Shown here one piece after another: positions 1 to 10,149 of a stretch of DNA of 64,000 nucleotides. Both the position numbers and the translations under genes were made by a program. How positions within the stretch are numbered: position 1 is the first letter of the stretch; each line of letters begins with the position of its first letter. The stretch comes from Arcobacteraceae bacterium (lineage in GTDB: Bacteria; Campylobacterota; Campylobacteria; Campylobacterales; Arcobacteraceae): contig CBDCZH010000018.1 in assembly GCA_965224485.1 (NCBI GenBank), positions 32,001 through 96,000 of the forward strand. The letters are read 5' to 3'. Under the pieces are notes generated by a model. It was not told the DNA's origin. It saw nothing but the letters and a program-made list of their open reading frames with translations, and ran no database searches.

Positions 1-318
1 GGCTATCATTGCAGTAAAAGCATAAGTTCCTGGAAGAAGAGGAATAATTGAGGCAACTGTGTAAATAGGTCTTGGAATTTTATATTTTCTTGACCAATAA
101 AATGTAATCATTCCTATAATAGTAGAAGCTATGAATGTTGCTAGTTCTATTGAAATATTTAAATCTATTAAAATATACCTTGAAGTAAAAGCAATAGAAC
201 CTCCAAGTGCACAATAAATTAAAGTATGTTTAGGAACATTAAAAACCATTGCAAAACCAAGAGCTGGAATTGCAGAAAAAATAGCATTGAAAAAATAAGT
301 ACTAATTACTTCACTCAT
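1..318 (-). CDS. ThrE-family exporter small subunit (YjjB-like), truncated by the window edge
   Basis: Manual translation from ATG at 318: MSEVISTYFFNAIFSAIPALGFAMVFNVP...ASIIPLLPGTYAF; overlaps the stop of the upstream ThrE gene. Confidence 0.85.
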   Translation of the reverse strand, partial: MSEVISTYFFNAIFSAIPALGFAMVFNVPKHTLIYCALGGSIAFTSRYILIDLNISIELATFIASTIIGMITFYWSRKYKIPRPIYTVASIIPLLPGTYAFTAMIA

Positions 319-1106
319 TACCAACCTTCAACATTAAGTAAAGAAAAAGCTAAAATTATACCAATACTAGTTGCAACAGTTAAAAGTGTAGCTTGCATCC
401 ATCTTCCCCAAGCCATTGATAAATAACCCTTAAGCGCATCTAAAACTGAGTTAATAAAAGGAAAACCAGGAGCTAGTAAAATTACACTAGATGTTAGTGC
501 AATATTAGGTGTTTGACTTAGGTTAAGGGTATAAGCTAAACTTGAAATAGCAGTTGCTACAAAAGCAGTTATTGCAAAAGCTATAAATAAAACAAATTTT
601 TTCCTTGCAAGTTCTTGTCTAACATACATAGCAGTAGAGGATGCGAAAAATGTGATAATAAAAGCTTGCCAATCTGCTCCATAAAGGTAAGAAAAACTAG
701 CACATGATAAACCAACCATAAATATAATAAGATTCTTATTATAATATTTTGGTTTTATATTTTTCATTGTTTCTATCATATAATTAGCATCATAAGAGTT
801 TTCTTCAACTTGAAAAATCATATTTTGAACATCACAAACAATTGACATATTAATTGGTTTGTGATGGACTCTTCTTGTAGTTGTAATACATTGCTTATTG
901 TATAAAGCAGTTAATACAATAGCTGAAGGAATTAGTGAAATTTCAACAGAATCAAGACCTAATGCTTTCCCTAATCTTTGCGCAGTTAATTCAACAAGCC
1001 TACTTTCTGCACCAAATTCTAAGATTAAAACAGAAGCTTTTATTACAGCCCTGGTTATTTTGATTAACTCTTCTTTACTTAATTCTTTTTTAATATTTTT
1101 TAACAT
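318..1106 (-). CDS. Threonine/serine exporter ThrE family protein (YjjP-like)
   Basis: GAESRLVE and LAPGFPFIN motifs; multiple TM segments; paired with a YjjB-like gene. Confidence 0.88.
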   Translation of the reverse strand: MLKNIKKELSKEELIKITRAVIKASVLILEFGAESRLVELTAQRLGKALGLDSVEISLIPSAIVLTALYNKQCITTTRRVHHKPINMSIVCDVQNMIFQVEENSYDANYMIETMKNIKPKYYNKNLIIFMVGLSCASFSYLYGADWQAFIITFFASSTAMYVRQELARKKFVLFIAFAITAFVATAISSLAYTLNLSQTPNIALTSSVILLAPGFPFINSVLDALKGYLSMAWGRWMQATLLTVATSIGIILAFSLLNVEGW

Positions 1107-1112
1107 ATGTTT

Positions 1113-2726
1113 TTATAAAATTATATCAATTGAACTTTGAGGTTTACCAATATAATAACCCTGAACAAAATCAACCCCAATTTCAATAATTATATCTGCT
1201 ATTTCTTTTGAGTGAACTTTTTCCGCAATTGTTTTAACGCCAATATTTCTAGCAAAGTCAACTATTGATTTTACAATAATTCTAGAATCTATGTTATTAT
1301 CAATATTTTCAATTAAAGAACTATCAATTTTTAAATAATCAACTTTTAAATTTACTATATAAGAAAAATTAGAATATCCAGAACCAAAATCATCAATTGC
1401 AATTTTTACGTCAAATTCTTTTATTTTTTTAATAAAATTATTTACTAAAGAAAAGTCATTGATTTCTTCACTTTCTAATAATTCAATTATTAATCTATTT
1501 CCAAGTTGATACTTTTTTAACATCTCAAAAAGATATTCCATTGTTTCTTCATTCACAATATCATCAATTGATAAATTAATTGAAAACTCAATACCTTCTT
1601 TATCTTTAAAATATAGAAAAGATTTTTCAATAATTCTTTTAGTAATAATGGGATACTGTTTTGCATTTTTAGATATACCCAAGAAAATATCAGGAGAGTA
1701 GGTCTTATCTTCATGAATCATTCTTGCTAAACACTCATATTTATTTATTGTATTTGTTTTAACATCTTTAATAGCTTGAAAATAAACAGTAATATTATCA
1801 CTTTCAAGAGCTTGTTTTATATTAGCACTCCATGTTATATGTTTTTCATACTCTTCTTGTAAACCAAGTGAGTTATCAAACTCTTCAAAAAGTGTTTTTT
1901 TGATTTTTGCATTTCTTACTGCAATTGTTGCTTTTTCAACTATTCTATCTTTTGTATCAAAAACTACACCTAAAGAAGATTGTATATAAATGTCTGTGTC
2001 GTTATAAACATAATAAATACTATTTAAAGATTTTATCAAAGCTTTACAATAATCAATTGTAATCTTTTCTTGTGTTAAAATTGCAAATTCATCTCCAAAA
2101 AGTCTATATACCTTATGAGAATATCTTGTTTTTTCTCTTAAGTACATTGCTAGTTGTTTTAAAATAACATCGCCAACTTTAACTCCGTAAAAATTATTTA
2201 GTTTTCTAAAAGAGTCAATATCTATAATCATTAAAGAATTATATTCATTTTTTTTAATATCTTCATTTAGTTTTACAAAGTTAGGAAGCCTTGTTAGGGA
2301 GTCTGTATATAAATTGTCAAATAACTTATCATAAAAGAATTTGGTTTTTTGTATTAAAGAATTAAAAGAGTTTTCTAAAATAAGAATTTCTGTGATTTTT
2401 GGATTCACATTTGATTTTATATCTAAATCATCACTTTTACTAAGAGCTTGAATACTTTTTGAAAATAATGTAATTGTTGAAACAATTTTTTTATTAACTA
2501 CAATGTAAAATATGAAAGAACAAATTAGAAGTAGGCTTATAAAAAAACCTGCATAATAAATACTTAAATTATGTAAGGCTGTTTTAATATCTTGAGTATT
2601 ATTTGCAATATGAAATTCTTTAATTAAAAATGTTGCAAATATTACAATGAATATGCTAGAAACTAAAAGAATTAGTATTATTTTTAGAATAAGTTTTTTA
2701 GTAGATATAGTTTTGTTTTTATTCAT
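1113..2726 (-). CDS. Membrane GGDEF(degenerate)-EAL protein, probable c-di-GMP phosphodiesterase
   Basis: Two TM segments, DSLTRLPN, FGDEF, ECLAR, DDFGSGYS, QGYY. Confidence 0.9.
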   Translation of the reverse strand: MNKNKTISTKKLILKIILILLVSSIFIVIFATFLIKEFHIANNTQDIKTALHNLSIYYAGFFISLLLICSFIFYIVVNKKIVSTITLFSKSIQALSKSDDLDIKSNVNPKITEILILENSFNSLIQKTKFFYDKLFDNLYTDSLTRLPNFVKLNEDIKKNEYNSLMIIDIDSFRKLNNFYGVKVGDVILKQLAMYLREKTRYSHKVYRLFGDEFAILTQEKITIDYCKALIKSLNSIYYVYNDTDIYIQSSLGVVFDTKDRIVEKATIAVRNAKIKKTLFEEFDNSLGLQEEYEKHITWSANIKQALESDNITVYFQAIKDVKTNTINKYECLARMIHEDKTYSPDIFLGISKNAKQYPIITKRIIEKSFLYFKDKEGIEFSINLSIDDIVNEETMEYLFEMLKKYQLGNRLIIELLESEEINDFSLVNNFIKKIKEFDVKIAIDDFGSGYSNFSYIVNLKVDYLKIDSSLIENIDNNIDSRIIVKSIVDFARNIGVKTIAEKVHSKEIADIIIEIGVDFVQGYYIGKPQSSIDIIL

Positions 2727-2845
2727 AGTTGTCCATGATGTTTGAATTTAGCCTAATAGTAGCATAATTATTCATAATAAAAATTAATATTATTATCTCT
2801 TTTTATAGATAATTTTTAAAAAAAATGTAAAGTAAATATCTCTTA

Positions 2846-2859
2846 TTGATATTTATCAA
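2846..2859 (+). promoter_or_regulatory. Crp/FNR-family (FNR/Dnr/Nss-type) binding site
   Basis: Perfect TTGAT-ATTT-ATCAA; TATAAT at 2882-2887 places its centre near -41.5. Confidence 0.75.
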
Positions 2860-2914
2860 TACTCTTTTTATTAAAATTACTTATAATTGCACAAATGAAA
2901 ACAAGGATTATAAT

Positions 2915-3259
2915 ATGCAATTATTACCAAACGATGCTAAGAAAATAGAAATAGCAAATGCAACAGTAGATTTTTTTGAATATATACAAGATGGTTTAAC
3001 ATTCTACTATTTTGATACTTCAGCTTGTGGACCACCTGAACCTATGGTAAATGCCATGTTAGGTTTACAATTATTAGATAATGATAATAAAAGATTAATC
3101 ATGATTAATCATAAAGCACCAGGTGGTCTTTTCCCTAAAATTGAAGAAAACTACACTTATGAAGTATCACAAATTGATGGTATGGCAAAAGTTGTTTTTG
3201 CTTTTAAAGGTGGAAACTCAAATGATACAGATTTTTCATCAAACAAATGTGGTGGATGA
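2915..3259 (+). CDS. Small protein with a TusA/DUF2249-like CGPPEPM motif
   Basis: AAGGA RBS before ATG 2915; DTSACGPPEPMVNAM...INHKAP. Confidence 0.65.
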   Translation: MQLLPNDAKKIEIANATVDFFEYIQDGLTFYYFDTSACGPPEPMVNAMLGLQLLDNDNKRLIMINHKAPGGLFPKIEENYTYEVSQIDGMAKVVFAFKGGNSNDTDFSSNKCGG

Positions 3260-3267
3260 GAAAATAA

Positions 3268-4503
3268 ATGAAACCAATATCACAAGATTTTGCACCTCCT
3301 TTTAATTTAATATCACCATATTTTATTATAGGAACACTTGTTTTCTTTCTATCTTCACTTTTCTTATTTACTTTTGATGTAAGTACTTTAAGTTATTTAG
3401 ACCCTAAACTTTTGTCTTTAGTGCACCTTTTCTTATTAGGTTTTGTGATGATGATTATTTTTGGAGCTATGGCTCAATTAATTCCTGTAACTCTTGAAGT
3501 AGGGCACTCTTGTGTTGAATTATATTATGTAATTTGGCCCTTACTTATAAGTGGTACAGCTTTAATGTTTTTTGGCTTCTCTTCTTTACCAATTCTTTTG
3601 CCCTTTGGTGGGCTTATTGTTTTAATAGCAATGTTTATATTTTTAGCAGAAGTATTCTTAACAATAAAAAAAGTAAAAAAATATAATAACGTAATTAAAA
3701 GTTTAATTATTTCAAATATATTTTTATTTATTGGTGTGATAATAGGTATTATTTTAGCCCTAGCTTATTCTGGTTTGATTATAGTAGATATGGATGCTTT
3801 ATTAAAAGTGCATGTTTTTTTACTAGTTCTTGGATATATAGTAATAACTATTATGGCCTTATCTTTAATACTTTTACCAATGTTTGGTTTATCACATAAT
3901 TTTTCACAAAAACCTCTTAACTTTGCAGTTATTACAACTTCATTAGCTGTTGTTTGTATTTTTACTGCTAATATTTTTACTATTAAATACTTAGAGTTAA
4001 TTGGTTTTATATTCGCAAGTATCGCGTTAATGGTCTTTTTTTATCAGGTATTCTTAATATATAAAACAAGAGCTAGAAAAGAAATTGATGTTTATGTTTA
4101 TCATTTGTTTTTTGCTTTTTCTGCTCTAGTTATAGCAATTGTTTTAGCCTTATATTACATATATACTTTGAATGAAAAATTTCTTTTAGTAAGTGGATTT
4201 TTATTTATATTTGGTTTTTTCTCTTTTGTAATAATTGGGCATATTTATAAAATTGTTCCTTTTTTAGTTTGGTTTGAAAAATTTGCACCTTTAGTTGGAA
4301 AAGAACCTGTTCCTATGTTAGCAGATATGGTTCCTACTAGTGCAGCAAAACTTTCGTTTTATTTTTTAAGCATTGCTGTTGTTGTTATATCATTCTCAAT
4401 ATTTTTAAGTAATGATATTATGTTTAAAAGTGGAGTCTCTTTTTTAGTAATTGGCTCTATTTTTGTTTTTAAAAATTTAATTTATATGATAAGGTTTAAA
4501 TAA
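3268..4503 (+). CDS. Multi-pass membrane protein with intramembrane His residues (NnrS/heme-copper-like)
   Basis: ~12 TM segments; HLFLLGF, HVFLLVLG, GHIYKIVPFLVW. Confidence 0.65.
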   Translation: MKPISQDFAPPFNLISPYFIIGTLVFFLSSLFLFTFDVSTLSYLDPKLLSLVHLFLLGFVMMIIFGAMAQLIPVTLEVGHSCVELYYVIWPLLISGTALMFFGFSSLPILLPFGGLIVLIAMFIFLAEVFLTIKKVKKYNNVIKSLIISNIFLFIGVIIGIILALAYSGLIIVDMDALLKVHVFLLVLGYIVITIMALSLILLPMFGLSHNFSQKPLNFAVITTSLAVVCIFTANIFTIKYLELIGFIFASIALMVFFYQVFLIYKTRARKEIDVYVYHLFFAFSALVIAIVLALYYIYTLNEKFLLVSGFLFIFGFFSFVIIGHIYKIVPFLVWFEKFAPLVGKEPVPMLADMVPTSAAKLSFYFLSIAVVVISFSIFLSNDIMFKSGVSFLVIGSIFVFKNLIYMIRFK

Positions 4504-4805
4504 TGTATAACAAAGAAGAAATATTTAAAGCAGTATCAACTGTAAAAGATCCTGAAGTTGGTTTTAATCTTGTAGAAATGGGTTTAATTTATGATGCCTC
4601 TTGTACTAACGAAGGTGATGTGAAAGTTATTATGACTCTTTCAACTAAAGCTTGTCCTTTACATCAAATGATAGTTCAATGGGTAGAAGAAGCTGTTTTA
4701 AGAGAATTACCAAATTCAAAAAATGCTGAAGTAGAAGTTGTTTGGGAACCAGTTTGGAATCCTGGAATGGCTGATGAGAGTGTTAAGGTTGCTTTAGGCG
4801 GATAG
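4503..4805 (+). CDS. DUF59/SufT-like Fe-S cluster assembly protein
   Basis: DPEVGFNLVEMGLIY, TLSTKACPL, VWEPVW. Confidence 0.9.
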   Translation: MYNKEEIFKAVSTVKDPEVGFNLVEMGLIYDASCTNEGDVKVIMTLSTKACPLHQMIVQWVEEAVLRELPNSKNAEVEVVWEPVWNPGMADESVKVALGG

Positions 4806-4905
4806 ACATAAAAACTTGTAGTAATGTAATACAAACTAATTTAAAGATACAAAATTTATAAAATTGATAATAATCTTGATATAATAAATATATTAAGGAT
4901 TATTA

Positions 4906-5238
4906 TTGAAAGAACTCACAAATTATTTTTTGAATAAAAATATACTTTTTAAAAATATTGAAAAAATTGATTTAAAAGAGTTAAAAAGCAGAAAGAAATT
5001 AGAACTTTATTATGCTTTAGATATAAAAAAACATTATTATGCAATTTTTATTATAAATCAAAAGAGTCGATTTATAAGTAAAAATGCCCAAGATTTAATG
5101 CTTTTATTAAATGATTTAATAGTATTAAAAGACCATAATTTTAAGAAAAAAATTCTCCTTATCTCTTCCCCTTTATGTTCAAAAGCAAAACTTTTATTAA
5201 AAGAAAATTCATGGAGTGTGAAAAATGATTTTATGTGA
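4906..5238 (+). CDS. Hypothetical protein
   Basis: AAGGA RBS, TTG start, overlaps coaX. Confidence 0.65.
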   Translation: MKELTNYFLNKNILFKNIEKIDLKELKSRKKLELYYALDIKKHYYAIFIINQKSRFISKNAQDLMLLLNDLIVLKDHNFKKKILLISSPLCSKAKLLLKENSWSVKNDFM

Positions 5239-5851
5239 TATTGGAAATACAAAGTATAAGTTTTTAATTAATAATGAAAAATTTACTTATTTTATGCATG
5301 AGGCTTTGCCTGTAATTCATGAAAAAGTATATTATATATCTGTAAATGAGACTGCTTTATTAAAACTAAAACATGCTTATGATGATATTATTGATTTAGA
5401 ACCTTATATAAATTTCGAAACTTTATATGATGGCATGGGACTAGATAGAAAAGTTGTATGTACTGGTCTAAAAGATGTAGTTATTGTAGATGCTGGCTCT
5501 GCTATTACTGTTGATATTATGGATAAAAACATTCATCAAGGTGGTTTTATTCTTGCAGGATTAAAGAGTTTAAAAGATAATTATGAAAATATATCTATAA
5601 AACTAGATATAGATTTTAATCTAAAGGTAAACTTAGATAAAATTCCACTTAATACGCAAGATGCTATTTCTTATGGAATTATAAAATCAATCATTACTCC
5701 TATTATTGAAGTATCAAAAGATAAACAAGTAATTTTTACAGGTGGAGATGGTGAACTTTTAAGTTCTTTTATAAAAAATAGTATTTACAGAGAAAATTTA
5801 ATTTTTGATAACATGGAAGGAATTATTAATGCTAACAATTGCATTACCTAA
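5225..5851 (+). CDS. coaX: Type III pantothenate kinase
   Basis: DIGNT, GLDR, DAGSAITVD, TGGDG. Confidence 0.93.
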   Translation: MILCDIGNTKYKFLINNEKFTYFMHEALPVIHEKVYYISVNETALLKLKHAYDDIIDLEPYINFETLYDGMGLDRKVVCTGLKDVVIVDAGSAITVDIMDKNIHQGGFILAGLKSLKDNYENISIKLDIDFNLKVNLDKIPLNTQDAISYGIIKSIITPIIEVSKDKQVIFTGGDGELLSSFIKNSIYRENLIFDNMEGIINANNCIT

Positions 5852-6437
5852 AGGTAGAATTGCCAAAGAGACTTTAGAAAAATTCGAAAAAGCTTTTAAT
5901 GAAAAGTTTGTTTTTGAAGATAGAAAACTTATATTAAAAAAAGCAGGTTTTATTTTTTTAAATGTAAGAAATCAAGATGTTCCAACATATGTAAAATATG
6001 GAGCTGCTGATTTAGGTGTTGTTGGCTTAGATGTTTTAGAAGAAAAAGAGTACGACATAATGAAACTTCTAGATTTAAAACTAGGAGAGTGTAAATTAGC
6101 TATTGGTTTAAAAGCAGGTGAAAAACTTGATTGGACTAAGAGTGAAATTAAAGTTGCCACTAAACATGAAGTAATTGCAAAAAAGTTTTTTGAGAAAAAA
6201 GCAATGGCTGTTGATATTATTAAACTGTATGGTTCAATAGAATTAGCTCCTTTAGTAGGTCTTGCTGATTGTATTGTTGATATTGTTGAAACAGGTGAAA
6301 CAATGAAGCAAAACGGATTAGAAGTAGGTGATACTATTATGTTAAGCTCAGCTTATTTAATTTCAAATAAAAATGCTTTTTACGCTAAAAAAGAAGAAAT
6401 TCTAAACTTAAGAGAAAAAATCGAAGCTGTTTTATAA
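5829..6437 (+). CDS. hisG: ATP phosphoribosyltransferase, short form
   Basis: MLTIALPKGR, GSIELAPLVGLADCIVDIVETGETM; ATG at 5829. Confidence 0.96.
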   Translation: MLTIALPKGRIAKETLEKFEKAFNEKFVFEDRKLILKKAGFIFLNVRNQDVPTYVKYGAADLGVVGLDVLEEKEYDIMKLLDLKLGECKLAIGLKAGEKLDWTKSEIKVATKHEVIAKKFFEKKAMAVDIIKLYGSIELAPLVGLADCIVDIVETGETMKQNGLEVGDTIMLSSAYLISNKNAFYAKKEEILNLREKIEAVL

Positions 6438-7129
6438 TGGGTCTAGATTTATACGCAAGAATAGAAGAATCTTTAGATTTCGATGATGAAGTAAAACATC
6501 TTCATAGTGCTTTTCTAAAAATTATTTTCGAGAAAAACTTAGATGATATTATAGATATTGGCTGTGGTCAAGGTGCTTTTATGATGCATCTTTTAGCTAA
6601 TAAAAAAGAAGCTTATGGAATAGACTTAAGCCTTGAGCAAATTAAAATATCTCAAGCATATAATTTAAGAGCTGATTTTTTAGATATAAAAGATGTAAAA
6701 GAAACATTTTCTTGTGCTACTGCTATTTTTGATGTTATAAATTATGTTCCTAAGGCTGAGTTATCAAAGTTTTTTAAAAACACATACAATGTTTTAAAAC
6801 AAGATTCTTATTTCTTATTTGATGTAAATACCTTCTTTGGTTTCAATGAGGTTGCACAAGGAACTTTAAGTATAAATGAAAATGATAAGTTCATTTGTGT
6901 TGATGCTATTTTTGAGAATGAAAAACTTCAAACAGATTTAACGCTTTTTTCAAAAACGAAAAACAACTTATATATAAAAGAAGAAGATAGTATTACTCAG
7001 TACTATCATGAAACACAAACTTTAAAAGCAAAACTAGAAAAATGTGGTTTTGTCATAGAAGAAATAATTAACTTCAATCTACATACTGATGAAGAAGCTG
7101 ATAAGCTTATTTTTGTCTGTAAAAAATAA
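6437..7129 (+). CDS. Class I SAM-dependent methyltransferase
   Basis: IIDIGCGQG motif I. Confidence 0.88.
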   Translation: MGLDLYARIEESLDFDDEVKHLHSAFLKIIFEKNLDDIIDIGCGQGAFMMHLLANKKEAYGIDLSLEQIKISQAYNLRADFLDIKDVKETFSCATAIFDVINYVPKAELSKFFKNTYNVLKQDSYFLFDVNTFFGFNEVAQGTLSINENDKFICVDAIFENEKLQTDLTLFSKTKNNLYIKEEDSITQYYHETQTLKAKLEKCGFVIEEIINFNLHTDEEADKLIFVCKK

Positions 7130-7226
7130 GTATAAACTCTTTGCTCACATATTTTTATTCATTAACTAATTGTTAAATTTTCATTTAATTTTTTAATCTA
7201 TACTTTACTATTAAGAGAGGTTAATT

Positions 7227-8108
7227 ATGAGAGTATTTTTTTTAATTAGTATAATATGTGTACCTATTTATATTATTATAAGTTATTTTGAATTTGATGA
7301 TATGTTGTATTCTAAGTTTAATCAAACATTGAATAAACTTTATAATATAGAACCTGGAGTTGAACTTTATGATTATAGAGTAAAAGTAGATGCTAAAGAG
7401 TTAAAATTTATAAAGAAAAATCTATCAGGACTTACTTATAATAAAAATACAAAAACCTTATTTGCAATCACTAATTCACCAAGAAATATTTATGAACTTG
7501 ATTTATCTGCAAATCTTTTAAGAACAATAAAATTAAGTGGTTTTAAAGACACAGAAGCAATAGTTTATCTAAGAGATAACTTTTTTGCAATTGCAGATGA
7601 GCTAAAAAAAGTTATATATATCTTAGAAATCACTAAAGATACAAATAAAATCAATATAAAAGATTCTTATAGAAAAATAAAAATTGATTTAGATACTTTT
7701 AAAAATCTAGGCTTTGAAGGGCTTGCTTATAATTCAAAAAAAGATGAACTCTATATTGTAAATGAGAAACTACCTTTGCAAATAATTAGAATTACTGGCT
7801 GGTTTGAAAAAAGTGAAAATATGAGTATTAGTTTTGATGATAAATTAATAAAACTAGATAACTTCTCAGATGACTTTTCTGGTTTACACTTTGATTTAAA
7901 AAGCAATAATTTATTATTTTTAAGTGAGGAATCAAAACTTATTTCTGAAGTAAATTTAAATGGAGAGCATATTAGTTTTATAGACTTGGAAAAAGGTTTT
8001 ATGAATTTAAAAAGTGATATTCCTCAAGCAGAAGGTATAACAATGGATGAAAAAGGAACTTTATATATAGTTAGTGAACCAAATTTATTCTATTCTTTTG
8101 AAAAGTAA
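7227..8108 (+). CDS. SdiA-regulated/YjiK-like beta-propeller protein
   Basis: NLSGLTY, DTEAI, GFEGLAY, PQAEGITMD, IVSEPNLFY. Confidence 0.85.
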   Translation: MRVFFLISIICVPIYIIISYFEFDDMLYSKFNQTLNKLYNIEPGVELYDYRVKVDAKELKFIKKNLSGLTYNKNTKTLFAITNSPRNIYELDLSANLLRTIKLSGFKDTEAIVYLRDNFFAIADELKKVIYILEITKDTNKINIKDSYRKIKIDLDTFKNLGFEGLAYNSKKDELYIVNEKLPLQIIRITGWFEKSENMSISFDDKLIKLDNFSDDFSGLHFDLKSNNLLFLSEESKLISEVNLNGEHISFIDLEKGFMNLKSDIPQAEGITMDEKGTLYIVSEPNLFYSFEK

Positions 8109-8176
8109 TAATTTATTGTTTTTGCTCAAGGTAAATTTTTATATTTTATATATAATAAGAAGAAAAAAGGATTAAA

Positions 8177-8782
8177 ATGAATTATCCCCTATTTTATGAT
8201 GAAATTGAAACTATTGTATTAGAAGATAAACTATCTACTTTCTTAGGTGCTTTTGAAGATGGACTAATCGAATTTTCTTATTTAGATGTAGTTAAAACAG
8301 CAGGGCATTCATGTCCTACAGTTTTAGGAGCATATTTATGTACAAAAGCAGGTCTAAAAGCTTTATATAAGGATGAAATGCCTTTACGTGGTGATATTAA
8401 GGTTGAATTTAAAGAAGAGTGCACAGATGGTGTTTCTGGAGTAATTGCTAATGTTATAACTGATATAACTGGTTCAACTACGAATTATGGATTTAAAGGA
8501 ATTGCTGGTACTTTTGATAGACGGCATTTAATGTTTTTTCAAAGAGAAATAAGCTCAAGTGTTAGATTTACTAGAAGAGATACTGGTTTTAGTGTTGATG
8601 TTTATTATGATCCTTCAAGCGTTTCTCCTGAAGCTAATATGTCACCTCTAATGCAAAAATGTGTTTCTAAAACAGCTAGTAAAGAAGAATCTTTAGAGTT
8701 TGGAATTTTATGGCAAAAAAGAGTTGAAAATATATCTAAAAATGAGAAAAATGTTATCAAGGTTTTAGAAGTTAAGAAGTAG
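8177..8782 (+). CDS. FmdE-like protein
   Basis: AGHSCPTVLGAY metal-binding motif. Confidence 0.65.
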   Translation: MNYPLFYDEIETIVLEDKLSTFLGAFEDGLIEFSYLDVVKTAGHSCPTVLGAYLCTKAGLKALYKDEMPLRGDIKVEFKEECTDGVSGVIANVITDITGSTTNYGFKGIAGTFDRRHLMFFQREISSSVRFTRRDTGFSVDVYYDPSSVSPEANMSPLMQKCVSKTASKEESLEFGILWQKRVENISKNEKNVIKVLEVKK

Positions 8783-8793
8783 AGGTGAATAAA

Positions 8794-8820
8794 TAGAGGT
8801 TTAGTTTTCTAAAACCTCTA
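8794..8820. terminator. Hairpin between convergent genes (possible bidirectional terminator)
   Basis: TAGAGGTTTAG...CTAAAACCTCTA inverted repeat. Confidence 0.45.
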
Positions 8821-10147
8821 AGTGTTCAATCTCAATTGCATTTCTGCCCGTATCTTTTGCTCTATATAAGGCAATATCAGCCCTATGCATAAGAGTATCT
8901 TTTGTATCATTTTGATGATATTGAGATATTCCAATTGAGCAAGTTAAGTGTATGTCTTTTGTAAACTTGTGATTTTGTATAGTTAATCTTATTTTTTGTG
9001 CAACTAACATAGCTTCTTCTAAAGTAGTATGAGAAAGCATAATCATAAACTCTTCTCCACCCCATCTAGCTACTAAATCAGAACTTCTTGAGTATAAGCT
9101 TAGAATACTAGCAATTTCTTTTAAAATTAGATCACCAACTAAATGTCCATATTGATCATTGATTTTTTTAAAATAGTCTAAATCTATTAAAAGTGTACAA
9201 AAACTTTGACTATTATATCTTGTGATTTTTGCAATTTCATATATTAAAAAAGAGTCAATTTTTTGTCTATTATAAAGTTTAGTTAAAAAATCAACAGAAG
9301 CTAATTTTTCTAATTTAGTTTTTTCAAGAAGTAATTCTTCATTACTTTTAGAAATCTTACTTCCTTCTTCTTTTATAAACTCAATCCATTTATTATAAAC
9401 CATTCTTAATAGTTCTTTTTGAGTTACAATTCCTGAGACTTTGTTATTTTCATCAACTACTACAATTCTTTTGAATTTTTTTTCTTTTATAAAATCAAGA
9501 GCTTTTGAAATTGTTGTATTATGGTTTAAACTAATTATTGGTGAACTCATATATAAAGATATTTTTTGATTAAAATCAGAATTATCATGTAATAAATCTA
9601 ATAAATCCTTAGTAGTAAAAATACCTAAAGGTTCTTCTTTATTATTAATTACAATAACCGAATCTGTTTGCAACTCTTGCATTAATTTAATTGTTTCTAA
9701 ACAAGATAAATCTTCATAAACAAAGTTTGGTTTATACTGAACCATTAAACTTTTTATTGTTTTTCTTTTCATTAACATTTCTGGATCAATATTATTAATA
9801 ATATCTGTATGTGAAATAATACCAAGCAAATCATTTTCTTTATTTGTAACAACCATATAATCACTTGTTGAATCAATTTGGCTTAATACGTTTAAAATAC
9901 TTAAATCTTTTTCTAAAATTTTAGCACTTGGTATATCTAATTCACTTAGTTTTGAATTAATATCAACACAGTTTATTTTAAATTCAATAATTTTTGAAGC
10001 TGTTAAAATATGATAAGTGTGATCATTTATAATCACTATTGTTCTAAAATTAGATTGGGCTATTATTTTTATAGCCTGGGCTAAAGTTTTTGATATATCT
10101 ATACTAATAATATCCTTACTTGCTATATCAAATACTGTAGGCATCAT
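8801..10147 (-). CDS. CBS-domain diguanylate cyclase
   Basis: Four CBS-like repeats; RSSD I-site and intact GGEEF. Confidence 0.9.
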   Translation of the reverse strand: MMPTVFDIASKDIISIDISKTLAQAIKIIAQSNFRTIVIINDHTYHILTASKIIEFKINCVDINSKLSELDIPSAKILEKDLSILNVLSQIDSTSDYMVVTNKENDLLGIISHTDIINNIDPEMLMKRKTIKSLMVQYKPNFVYEDLSCLETIKLMQELQTDSVIVINNKEEPLGIFTTKDLLDLLHDNSDFNQKISLYMSSPIISLNHNTTISKALDFIKEKKFKRIVVVDENNKVSGIVTQKELLRMVYNKWIEFIKEEGSKISKSNEELLLEKTKLEKLASVDFLTKLYNRQKIDSFLIYEIAKITRYNSQSFCTLLIDLDYFKKINDQYGHLVGDLILKEIASILSLYSRSSDLVARWGGEEFMIMLSHTTLEEAMLVAQKIRLTIQNHKFTKDIHLTCSIGISQYHQNDTKDTLMHRADIALYRAKDTGRNAIEIEHLEVLEN

Positions 10148-10149
10148 AT

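Noticed and set aside
8116..8129. Second Crp/FNR box (TTGT-N6-TCAA) before the FmdE-like gene
   Set aside because: Spacing is plausible, but the match is too weak in AT-rich DNA
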